A DNA stretch of 64,000 bases, taken from contig CM041465.1 in the NCBI GenBank assembly GCA_023213395.1, positions 206,219,741 through 206,283,740 on the forward strand, read 5' to 3'. The notes below the pieces were generated by a model that was not told the origin of the DNA, did not search any database, and saw nothing but the letters and a program-made list of their open reading frames with translations. A program made the position numbers and the translations under genes. Source of the DNA: Cycas panzhihuaensis (Eukaryota; Plantae; Cycadophyta). Shown piece by piece: positions 13,501-24,752 of the stretch; position 1 is the stretch's first letter, and the number at the start of each line of letters is the position of its first letter.

Positions 13501-14640
13501 GGAGCAACCTCCTGGTTACAAGGAACAAGGCAAGGAGCATTTAGTATGTCGCCTCAAGAAGGCTTTGTATGGCTTGAAGCAAGCTCCTAGGGCATGGTAT
13601 GCAAAAATCGATGAATACTTTCTGAGACATGGGTTTCATCGATCCACATCTGATCCAAACTTGTACATCAAACATGAACATCACCATGTCACTTATATTG
13701 CCTTGTATGTAGATGACTTAGTGATCACGGTGATGACTCTAAGCTCATCAATGTTCTCCAAGATGACTTGAAGAGAAGTTTTGAGATGACCGATCTTGGA
13801 CTTCTCCATTACTTTCTAGGCTTTGAGGTATGGCGTGCCAAAGCTATATCTTCATTTCCCAAGCAAAATATTCTTGGGACATCTTGCAGAGATTCGGGAT
13901 GCACGATCGCAAGACGGCGCCACACCCATGGAGAATCCAAGACCAAGCTTTCCTTAATGAGGAAGTCGAACCAAGAGATCCCACTCTCTATCGACAGCTG
14001 ATTGGTAGCTTGATTTATCTCACCAACACTCGCCCGCACATTTCATTTGCGCTGGGATTTGCTCGTTACATGTCTCAACCCAATCGACATAATCGAATGC
14101 AAGAAACGCATACTCAAGTATATCAAAGGAACATTGCGCTTGGACTTGAGTATGTACATAAGGAGAACTTCACTTTGAGGGGTTCTCGATTCGATTAAGT
14201 GATGCCGAGATAGCTGAAATCTACCCTGCCATCTGCTTTTACCCTTGGTTCAGCAGCTGTTTCATGGTGTTGCAAGAAGCAACCAAATGTTACCTTGTCC
14301 TCCATCGTAGAGTACAAAGTCTGCAGTCATGACAGTGAGGCTATCCGCTGCGACGGATTCTTGGTGAGCTTGGATTTCAGCAGCAGCAGCCGACCAGCCT
14401 TCATTGTGACAATCAAAGTGTCCTCAAGCTAACTAAGAATCCTGTTTTCCACGCACGGACCAAGCATATTGAAGTTCACCACCATTTCATCAGGGAGCAT
14501 GTACACAGCGGTGAGATCACACTTCAATATCGACCAACGGAGGAACAGACGGAAGATATCTTTACCAAGCCACTTGGTAGAGACAAATTTGTAAAATTCA
14601 GAGATGGTCTTGGTGTCCGACTTAACATTATAAACAGTAA
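10513..14640 (+). pseudogene. gag-pol of copia C, many small indels
   Basis: Gag ORF 10660-11292 with CHYCGILGH knuckle; protease WIVDSGATRHMT; integrase VDNGGEF and TPQRNGVSER; RT QMDVKSAFLNG and LYVDDL; RNase H HARTKHIEV..DIFTKPL near 14450-14575. Confidence 0.95.
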
Positions 14641-14647
14641 GGGGGGG

Positions 14648-15225
14648 TGTTAAACCTTATGTTTAAATGTTAAGTGAATGTATTTTTATTTTTCATGTAA
14701 TATATGCACTTTATACTTTAGGGGTGACTTATCACTTAAGTGATAAAGTGCACACCCACATTCTTTCTAGTGACACAACGTTGTCACTAAAGGGTCAATG
14801 GACCCTCATGCACCTTTTTGAGTAATCCAAGTGATGTATCTTGGATATTTGACACTTGTCAAACATCCAAGGCCTTAGATGAGGATCCAAGCACTTTTGC
14901 TCATGATCCAAGTCATGTATCTTGGATGTTTGACACTTGTCAAACATCCAAGGCCTTAGGTCTCTCATTTCACTCTATATAAAGAGACCTCTCCTCATTG
15001 TCTCATAAGGAGAGTTGGAGCTGTATTGTTATGCTATCAGTTTGCTAATCAAATTGTTTTCTTCTTGGGAGGTTGGACCAATTCCAACTCCACATATTGG
15101 GTATCATTTTCTCTTGCTCCTATTTCAGTTTGTGCTCTTTATGCTTTCATGCTTTCATGCATTTATAGTATTGTGATTGTACTTATGATCTTGGGATTAA
15201 TGTGGCCTAATGCCCATCTTCCACA
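14648..15225 (+). repeat. 3' LTR of copia C (578 bp) with an internal ~55-bp duplication and palindromes
   Basis: After PPT, ends CCACA before the TSD; duplicated unit ~14825-14878/14906-14959. Confidence 0.9.
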
Positions 15226-18091
15226 GGATGTGTAACAAACCCAAACCTCTAACTTGTGTCCAAAGTAGGTGAGGTATCGATGCATAGGGGATTTCTAATA
15301 TACGCAATTAATGGCCTTCACCCACGATACCCACACTGTTTCTTGGTGATAAAATCCAAGTAAACTTGGAGCCCAAGTACTGTCGGTCCTCACCCCATTC
15401 ACCAATGAGTAGCGATATACTCTCTGAAGAGAAGTACATGCATGCCGCACGGCTATGACGGATATTAGCCCAGCTAAATTAATTATCTTAAGGGTTTTCA
15501 GTTTTCCCGGATGGTTATCAGGATAATCCTTGATTGGAGACCATAGGTATGGCTAACCTATCCCTCCACCACTATACTGGTTATGACCAGACACAGTATG
15601 AAACTCACACCTCCCTTAAGGCCCAGACTTCAGCCAACCTTAGTCTATTTCAACCAAGGCGAGTATGCACACAAGTCAAGAACTAGCAGTATAAAGTCAT
15701 CGAGATGAGTTGATTTTAAGGAAAGTGCTCTTGTTCTCGAATGACATGTAAAAATAACTGAAAACTAAATGTAAATGCTCCACTTAAGTGTTGTTGTCGT
15801 GTCCAAGTGTAGTGATGATGTGTCCACCTAGTGCCCAAGTGGCACTCTATATGCCCAAATGGCACTCAATGTGGTCTCCAAGTGCATGAAATTATTAAAG
15901 TCATACACATATGATGAGCCAAATCATTGGATATTGCTCTGATCTAGATAATTGGTTAGTACAAAGAATTTAAGTGTCTTGTTTATTTTACAAAAGGGCT
16001 AAAATAGGCCTCCAAAAACCAAAAAAGCTATAAATGTCTAAAAAAAAATCCCTCTTGCATGTAATTTTTTTTTGAAATGAAAGGAAAAAAAATAAAATTT
16101 TCAGAAATACAATGTACGTTGAAAAATCAAATTTTCAGCAAGCCAAATCTGCTTTTAAGCAGACTATACCGTCTATTGTACTGCTATATGATACAAATTT
16201 CAAAAAAAAAAAAAAAAAATAAAACTTTTTCAGAGTTGTTGCCCTTCACTTGCACTTTGCAAATATATAATTTTTTTTTTTTTTAGTCTTATCAAAAATA
16301 GGCAAAACAACTTATTTTAGCTCGTGACAAAATATATACCAAAAAATCTTAAAATGTTCATAACTTTTCAACGGAGCGTCGGATTCATGCGAGACATATC
16401 CCAAATGATAGATCGGGTCAAGAAGATACAAAAATGTATATTATTGTAGAAAAAAATTCAGATTTTTTCAAATCTGATAATTTTAAATTTGGATGGTAGT
16501 TGCCTAAAGTAGGTTGTTTGACCCCTTTAACCTCGAAATCTCGCGTCACTCTAATAGACAAAAGTGCTTAAGAGGTTAAAACGCATCTACTAGTAAAATT
16601 CTGTCCGATTCTGAGTATTTTGATTTTTTAATTGTATCGATATACGTAATTCCGTACAATTCGTACAACGTCTGTACGATTTGATTTCAGACTTTAAAAT
16701 TTGCTTATGATCAGTGAAAACCACTTATTTCTTTTTTTGCAAGTTGTAATTCTAACTTTTATTACAAAAATGGGCCAAAAATAAGCAAAAAATAACAGAT
16801 TTGGAATTAAAAAATAAAGCTGAAAATTGTTATAAGATGAGCAATTATTGTGCTCTTTTAAACTTGTAAATAGGTTGCTTTAGGGAGTCACACTTCTTTA
16901 TTTCATTTACAGAAATAAAATAGTACAAGAGCATACAATTTTGTACTAAAAATCTACTAAAAAGAGTTTTGAAAAAGGATTTAAAAAAAAAATATCTCAA
17001 CTCTTCATTTCACATGAATGGTGAAAAAGAGTAGAAAATAGCTTGCAATCTCCTTGCAAATGAGTGTGGCACTAGGATACTCTCAATGGCTCTGATACCA
17101 CTTGTTGAGGGAATGGATCTATGGATCTAATGCACTAACACTGCACAATAGTAAATAGTGGAGACAAACACAATACACTCAATAAGAGAAATGCTAACTT
17201 GAGCTCAAAGAGAAGAAATGTAGAATATGATCACTCTCCATGTAATTTTAACTTATATAATGAGAATGCTCATTAGGGTTTGGAATTTGAGTTTTCCCTC
17301 CTAATGATATTCAAATGAGTTTACATAAAATTACAATGAAATGAACTTTATATCATTTCACTTAAGTGACCTAAACATAGTACCTTATCCTAAAGTTACA
17401 AACATAAAAGTGACTTTATCTAATTCTAACTTTATGAAATAACCATGTGACATTAACATCGTCACAATTTAACACTCACAATTCCACAATAGAGTTCTTA
17501 ATCGAGTCAAAACATGTAATATAGAAGTGGGTTTGAAGTTAAGATGTTTGAACTTATTCAAGCATGAGTTCTTGCATTCCATAGGCTTGATCTTGAAATT
17601 TCATGCTCGATATTATTGACATAAATCTTTATAATATAGGAGAAAAGCTCAATAACTATATGCATTGAAATGGAATCAACTAAATTTTTTTGTGTCAAGT
17701 TTTCATTACTAAGGTTGGAATGGGAGTTTTCTTGTATGTTCATTCTACCCCAAAGTAGGGAATCTCCGCAAGAAAATGTCATAGAATTTAAGTCCCATGA
17801 AAGTTTCCAAGGGAGATTCAATACTCTTCAAATGATAAATCTGGGTAAGTCTACTACTTATTAGGTTTCATAGTTTTGTTCTATTTCCATGTTTCCCTAC
17901 ATAGTCAAGTATATGAGATTCTAGTCTAGTAGTTGGTCATGATCTCCATTCCAGGTAAGACACATGTTTAAATCTTGAAGGGTCCACCAACAAACACCAA
18001 TATGTGATAGGAAGGGTTCAAGGGTGGTACATGGTTGCTAATTGTTGTAGAACAAACTTGTCCACAAAGCCCCAATTAATTGGCTATATAT

Positions 18092-18109
18092 ATGTGTGTG
18101 TGTGTGTGT

Positions 18110-18143
<34 letters not shown>
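18092..18143. repeat. (TG)n microsatellite
   Basis: Direct reading. Confidence 0.98.
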
Positions 18144-18145
<2 letters not shown>

Positions 18146-18551
18146 ATCTATTTAATGCATCAATTATACATGTACAAAGCATCTTATGGTGTATAACTAA
18201 TGATTTGTAGGTACCAAAACTAATGATAACAATTGTTGTAATGTTTAACATAATTGTTTGTAAGTATATTATATGAGTTAAAACATGAGCAACACTATAG
18301 AATGGCGTTATCAATCCATGAATCCAAATGAAATATTGAAATCTATTATCAAATAGGAAAGGTAACCCTGGCTATTGCTCAAGTACAAATTCCTAGGAAG
18401 ATTGTGACATATAAAAGTACAATGTTTCAACATTAAAAATTTGACATGTTATTCATTCCATGTGGGGGAGAACTACGATGTGTAGAAGAGTTTCTTCAAT
18501 TTATGTTTTTATTTTATTTATTTATTTATTTGCCACTTTTATGTGCTATAG

Positions 18552-18704
18552 ATGAATGCAAGCATCGCTGGGGCAACTACAGGTGTTGTGATTGCTGCAA
18601 GGACAAGGAGTCTAGTGCAAATTTTTGGTCATGCTATTGTACTTTCAACACTGACCACAGTTGTTGAGTGTTTAAAACCAATTGATGATACTCCTTGGAA
18701 CTAA
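18552..18704 (+). pseudogene. OEP16-4: Orphan terminal exon of a Tim17/22/23 (PRAT) family gene, OEP16-4-like
   Basis: After a pyrimidine tract and TATAG acceptor: MNASIAGATTGVVIAARTRSLVQIFGHAIVLSTLTTVVECLKPIDDTPWN*, resembling the recalled OEP16-4 C-terminus (NALV.GAV.GAA.A.STRNWTQVVGM); upstream exons not found in the window. Confidence 0.7.
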
Positions 18705-19868
18705 ATCTAACTTGCTTATAATGTACATTAATTATTCGTGTATTAGATTTTCTTTAAAGCAAGAGCTAAAGTTTATTGATGCAATTAGTCAAATTCAACA
18801 TTCTTATTGTATTCGCTAGATTATTGTCATTTTTTTCTGGATTCTCTTTTTCTCAAGGTAACTTAGATTTTATGGTTGAGAGGTTCAGTTTTATTATTTA
18901 TTAGCCTTGTTGCATATAAGGCAAGGATATGAGAATCAAACAACTACTTTTTTGGACCTATGTTAATAACGTCGTCTTGTTACAAACACTTCATTGTTCT
19001 TAACTTGATTATTCTATTGTGCAGTGTAAAGATTCATTTTGTGCAGTAATGAAAAAGGTTTGTATTGCCTTTGATCTTTTTTATATTATTTTATACAATT
19101 TACTTCCTATATTATAAAATTTGCACCTTAATCTACCAATTTCTTTCAATTGTCATGGATTACACTAGACCAAGATGGGTTTTCTAGAAAATTGTTATGT
19201 TTAGCATCTTACAATCTATGTTAAACTCTAAAATAGAGTTTATATGAACAATTATATGATTAATTTGTGTTTTATCAAGACCATGATTTAAAGCCAACCT
19301 TGCTAGTGTGAAAATGCTTTGTAAATTGCTTTGTGGCATATTTCATATATGTTTGCTTGTAGTCAAGAACATGAATGAATGATGATATGGATTTGCAAAA
19401 ACATATGTTGTATTGTTGGGTTTTAAGTCATATTTTATGTGAAGCATGAGTAGTTTCTTTGCATTCTCCATTCAATGTGATGTTTACTATCATTTTACAT
19501 TTTGCACCCTGCTGACTTTAATCAAAGTGATTTTTTTTTTCTTTTATGTAGAGATCATTATGTTATAAATCTTATGAAATTGGATTTTAAGACAACACTT
19601 GACTTTTCACTGGGCTAGGCCAAAATCATTTATTACATTCTATATTGTTTTCTTTCACCCTATTTTCTCTTAAGTTTAATTGGAAATGTGTTCTTGAATT
19701 GTATTGTTGATCTTGCCAATGAAGAAATACTATTATTTACTTGAGACCCTTTTGTTTGTTTATGTTATAGTTTGTCATTTCTATTTCTTTATTAATTTGT
19801 TTCCAATTAAAGCCTAGAGTGATATTGTCATGTGTTTTCATCATTTTCATCCATTATTGACTATATAT

Positions 19869-20403
19869 TGTTGAAAATGCCAAAGACCTATGAAATCCAA
19901 GATCAAGAAGATAATTCACTCTAGCTCTAGAAAGCATGAGAACATGGCTAACAAAGGAAATGAAATGATAAATGAACAAGATCAAAGTTTGAAGAGCAAG
20001 ATGATACCAAATTGAGAGGAGACGAAATTAGTCCAATCTCCAAAGGAATACCAGTTGATTAGCAAATTGATAGCATAACATTACAATTCTAACTCTTCAT
20101 ATGAAATATGAGAAGATATTTCAATATACAGAGAAACTGAAGAGACTTAACAACATTGGATGTTTGACAAGTGTTAAACATCCAAGCTACATGCAATGCA
20201 TGTCTTGCACGTCATGCATGAAGAACATGTGTCCTTTCAGACTCTCAAGTGAGCAAAGATGCATAAGGATCCATTGGACCCTTTAGTGACAATGTTGTGT
20301 CACTAGAAAGAATATGGGTGTGCATATTTACTTGTCCCATAAAGTACAAATAATGAATAAAAAAATAAAGTGCATACTTAACATGTAAACATAAAGTTTA
20401 ACA
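19869..20403 (-). mobile_element. Solo LTR related to the copia C LTR (535 bp)
   Basis: TG...CA ends; TSD TATAT/TACAT; reverse complement resembles 14648-15000; absent at the paralogous site ~35190. Confidence 0.9.
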
Positions 20404-21536
20404 TACATCATGTGAGGTTAGACCTTTTCCATTTTAGGCTAAATGTTTTGCAATGAAAATCAACCAATCTTTCTTTGACTATTTGTTGGACAAAAAATAA
20501 CTTTATATTTTCAATTAATGCATAGGCTCCATCATCAATATTGACACGACATAGCCAAAGTGGAAGGTACATATAAGAGATCATGGCATATAATTGAGCA
20601 ACAATCTTCATTATTCATTGTTCAATAGGTAAATTTACAACAAAAATATAGATTGGTAGTCCACAAGGGTTGCTAAAAACCTAAATACCATAATCATACA
20701 GATGTTACCATGCTTTCGCTTTCGTATTCTCTCCTTAAATACATTCTTAGGAGTTTGGGTCATTAATCTAATTCCATTCAACCCGCTTTACCCTTTTATT
20801 ATAATAATCCTCTCAATCATGGTGCCTCTACAATCTTTTTTGTAGGTCACAGGCTTCAACTTTGCTAATATCTCTCTTAGATTTAATGGTTGCCCTCTCC
20901 TTAAATAATGAAGAATCAAACATCATCTCTCTTAGAAGTAGAAATAAAAGGATAATGGAAAGTATGCCAAGAGTTTACGTAAGGGCAAACTACTTAGTTG
21001 TTATGGTTAACTTATGAGTATTCTCATTTATTCCCATGCAATTGATGTGCCCTAAGTCTTTTGGTGGAAAGTGGCCACCTGTGATTTGACACATGACCTT
21101 ACTTGGATCCCAATCATGGTGCAATCCTATAGAAAAGTTAAGTTTGCTACTAGCTATCAGATTCACCTATTGGGTTACATTGTCACTTGAGCACTACCTA
21201 GTAGGTAACTCGCTTTAATATAAGAGTTCTTACTTACCCGTAATCATCACATTTGATCACATCATCATTGAGCCCTACTTGGAAAATTACTCATGACGTT
21301 TGTGTTCATCCTCAACATATGCCATGTGAGGATTTATACTTTATGAATGGCATTGTTCATGGAATCACAAGAAAATGTTAGAAAAATAAGAAGTGAAAAG
21401 AGAAATTTTCACTATAACATCTATTTGTTAAGAAATTGGGTTTGATATCATGTTAGATGGTTATCAAACACATAAGAGATTGATGAATACAAAATATTTC
21501 TATATGTTTGATGTGTTATTATTTAATATAAGAATG

Positions 21537-21538
<2 letters not shown>

Positions 21539-21602
<64 letters not shown>
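21539..21602. repeat. (TA)n microsatellite
   Basis: Direct reading. Confidence 0.98.
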
Positions 21603-21605
<3 letters not shown>

Positions 21606-22079
21606 GTGTAGCTCATACAGGATCAATGAAAAGTAATATGTGCACACAAAAAAAGATAAAAAATCAATAAGAAATAAAAAAATAATGATCTAGGCCAAAC
21701 TGGTCCATTAAAAATAACTAGCGTTGATAGGTGAATTCTGATCTTTGAGTACAGAAATCTAACTTTTGATAGTAGGAATCAAATATCAAATATCTTATCA
21801 TAGAAATCTGATTTTTTTTATTGGTAAATTTTGAATTTTAAGCATAGGAATCTGCCTTTTAATTACAGTAATCAGGGTTTTGTTTGTAGAGATTTAGTTT
21901 TTGGTTGTTGAGATTAGATATTTGACTATTGAAAGAGCTACAACCAAAAGATGTAACATAGAAGACTTAAGAATTTGTTGACTTGTCCAGTCTTAGTTTA
22001 TATAACCAATCAACTTATAATCACTTAGTAACTTGTAATGTAATCCATACCCAATAGTTCTTCTAAGATACTTGGAAAT

Positions 22080-22290
22080 CTTTTTGGCTCCCTGTCAATG
22101 TTTTACCTTGGGCTCATGCATAAACCTAGAAACCACATTGACTGTATACATAATGTCTAATTGAATTGAAATCAAGTAAATAAGACTCCAAATCCACTAC
22201 TTGTAAAGAGTAGAGTCAATTAATTCAGGCTCCTCAAACTTAGACAATTTCAATCCAACTTCTATTAGATGAGTTGTTTGTTACTTAGTG
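22080..22290 (-). pseudogene. Isolated copia RT fragment
   Basis: Minus translation SLIYLISIQLDIMYTVNVVSRFMHEPK. Confidence 0.75.
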
Positions 22291-24354
22291 GGAATGGACT
22301 TGATTGTTCACTTCAAAATTTTAGATTTTTTTGCTTTGAAGTTTATCAAAATACAAAAGGCTTTATTTTCCTTTCTCTTGCATGTTCGCAAATGAACAAA
22401 AGATAGCATTTAACTCATTCAAAAGATTGCAGATTTATGAAACTCATTAAATTGGGTGAAAATGGAGGTATTAATACTCTGAAGTAGTAGAAAAGAGATG
22501 AGTGATGCCCGCACAAAAAACCTATGGACTATTGACCCTTTATAATTTTCAGAGCATGGCAAGTATATGAAGATTTGTGAACTTTAATCACATATATTAA
22601 GATCATATATTAAGAGCATTCACCTATATATTCACTTATGAGAAACGCTTACATGCACCTATGAAAACTTATATGAACTTATACACATCAATAACCATGA
22701 ATTAGACATTACATTCAATACTTTTCCATAATAGTTTAATTCATTAACATCATGAAGTATCCTAAAATTCTCGAACTTGTCTAGTTTACTTTTCAATGTT
22801 GTCACCAACATGTAGTTATTATTGGATAATTTGTATCGTTTTTAGAAATGTTTTTGTCAACTTTCTCAAAGAGATCTATACCATCATTTTTTAGCTTGGT
22901 TATCTCATAAGAGTTTCTATTTGCACTTCTTTATTTTCTTATTCAATTTCTTATATGAAATTTATCTGGACTCTCTCAATTTGCTTCCTTTAAGATCTAG
23001 CTATTCTTATAGCCACCTAACCTTTGAGTTTGATTTGTTGATGTCTATATAAAGAAACAACCATCTACTAGAATACACGAATAATTAGTTATTATAATTG
23101 TTCTTTTGCTTGGAAATTCTTTTCATACATGGTTCATCAACTATTTTTATATATTTACACCTATCATAATCTCCCAAGAACATGCTAAACTACTTGACCA
23201 AACACATATTAAAATCTTATTGATATTCGAGAACAAGTATAACCACTTGGTCAAACAATGTTCAAGTATCATTGTAGATGATTCAACTTTTTGCCAACTT
23301 GTTGTAACTCCACATATATCTATTCCATATTAGAATCCTCTAAAATAGATTGCATGATGTTGTCCTCTCAATCATAATACAGTTATAGTTCAAAATATTG
23401 AAGCACAAATCAAAGTGAGGCAAAGGCTGGAATCGTCAATGCTAATTTCTTGGCTTTTACAGTCCAAATACCAATTGATGAAGTCTCACAAATATTAAAT
23501 TGTCATCTTTGCCATTGTTTTTTCTTCACAATCATCAATTGTAGCTCTAGAACATTCTATCAAACACTTTGTGTGCAACCTCTTATGAACATTTTATCAA
23601 ACATTTGATGCACTTGTGACAATTTCATATGCTCTTAAGAAAAAACAAAACTACCAAATGTGAAAACTCTATTATCAAATAATAGTTTTTTTTTCCTTTT
23701 TATTACTGATCTTTTAATAATAAGTGTGGATAGTCTACATAATTTGTAAAGACCTTTGAAATAATTTAGCTACTTAACTCAAATTGTTAAAATTAGTATA
23801 TATTATATATTTAGGCATCACTTGCATATATATTTATGTGCTTGTTAAATTAAATTTTTATAACAAATAATGATTTTTATGGTTTAAAAGACATTTGTGA
23901 GAATTTATTTATGAGAAATGCATATGGAAATGTCATATCAAATAAATAAATATATTTTGTGTAATCGGTTAAGTGTTTTATTTGGACCTTTCATTTGAAG
24001 ATTTATTAATTGAAGTTTTGTAGTGAGTTCATGGTAAGGATATCTTTTATGAATGGTAGCGAGAGTTACAACATATTATCCAAGGTTAGTAATAAGTGGT
24101 TGTTGAATATTTGTGTTTTATTAATTAATTAAGTTACAAGTAATTACAAGTGGACACCAAAGATGTTTCTTGCTTTGTAAGGTCATAAACTTAAAGTTAT
24201 GAGCTTATGCAAGGTGAAGATAGGTTTCTTCTAAAGAGTTGGAGAAGGGGGACAAGCATAAAATGAAGCATACATAAAGTTGTTTAGTGAGAAAGACAAG
24301 TACGTGGTGATGTGATGTGATAAAACAAAAAAAATATTAAATATTGTAGGGGAG

Positions 24355-24752
24355 TATTAGAGAATAATGCTTAATAAATAATAAATTCATTATTATTATA
24401 TTAATCATCTTTCAAATATTGTTCATAGTTATTATAAAAAAGTGCACGCTTATGTATACATTAAAATGTATTTTTAAAACTCATATTCATGTATTCATTT
24501 TAGAGGTTCTCTAATGTCATTAGATATCCATGAGGTAAATTGTATCTATAACTATGTATTGTTTTGTAAACAATAGTTAAGATGACTATTTCTCCTAAAA
24601 CATATTGTCTTGTGTTGTGATGTATATTTTATTTGTGTATTTTATATTTAATATTTTATTCATATTTTACACCTCATATTTGTGACTTCTTAAATTGAGC
24701 TTAATCGTAATATGTTCATTATTTTAAAATGATCTTGGTGTATTTTCTAACA
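24355..24752 (+). repeat. Decayed 3' LTR preceded by a PPT
   Basis: TAGGGGAG at 24347-24354, then TATTAGAG...CTAACA (TG decayed to TA); no partner LTR seen. Confidence 0.5.

Larger units (their letters stand above)
8144..15225 (+). mobile_element. Ty1/copia element C nested in the 5' leader of B; its own 5' LTR is absent and the mini-element stands in its place
   Basis: TSD GGATG at 8139-8143 and 15226-15230; gag-pol ~10513-14640; PPT AAGGGGGGG 14639-14647; 3' LTR 14648-15225 (TG...CA). Confidence 0.9.
2099..17466 (-). mobile_element. Full-length decayed Ty1/copia element B containing nested element C
   Basis: LTRs 2099-2466 and 17103-17466 (about 90% identical by eye); PBS TGGTATCAGAGCC at 17100-17088; PPT next to 2467; TSD ATTTA at 2094-2098 and 17467-17471; empty site visible in the paralogous block at ~30027. 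Confidence 0.97.
1483..23645 (+). repeat. Segmental duplication copy 1 (pieces 1483-2098, 17467-19868, 20404-21540, 22560-23645), interrupted by B/C and a solo LTR
   Basis: Colinear same-strand similarity to 29287-37940, roughly 85% by eye. Confidence 0.9.

Noticed and set aside
20408-21400. Possible coding sequence in the duplicated block
   Set aside because: No recognisable motif in the frames translated; frame not preserved between copies
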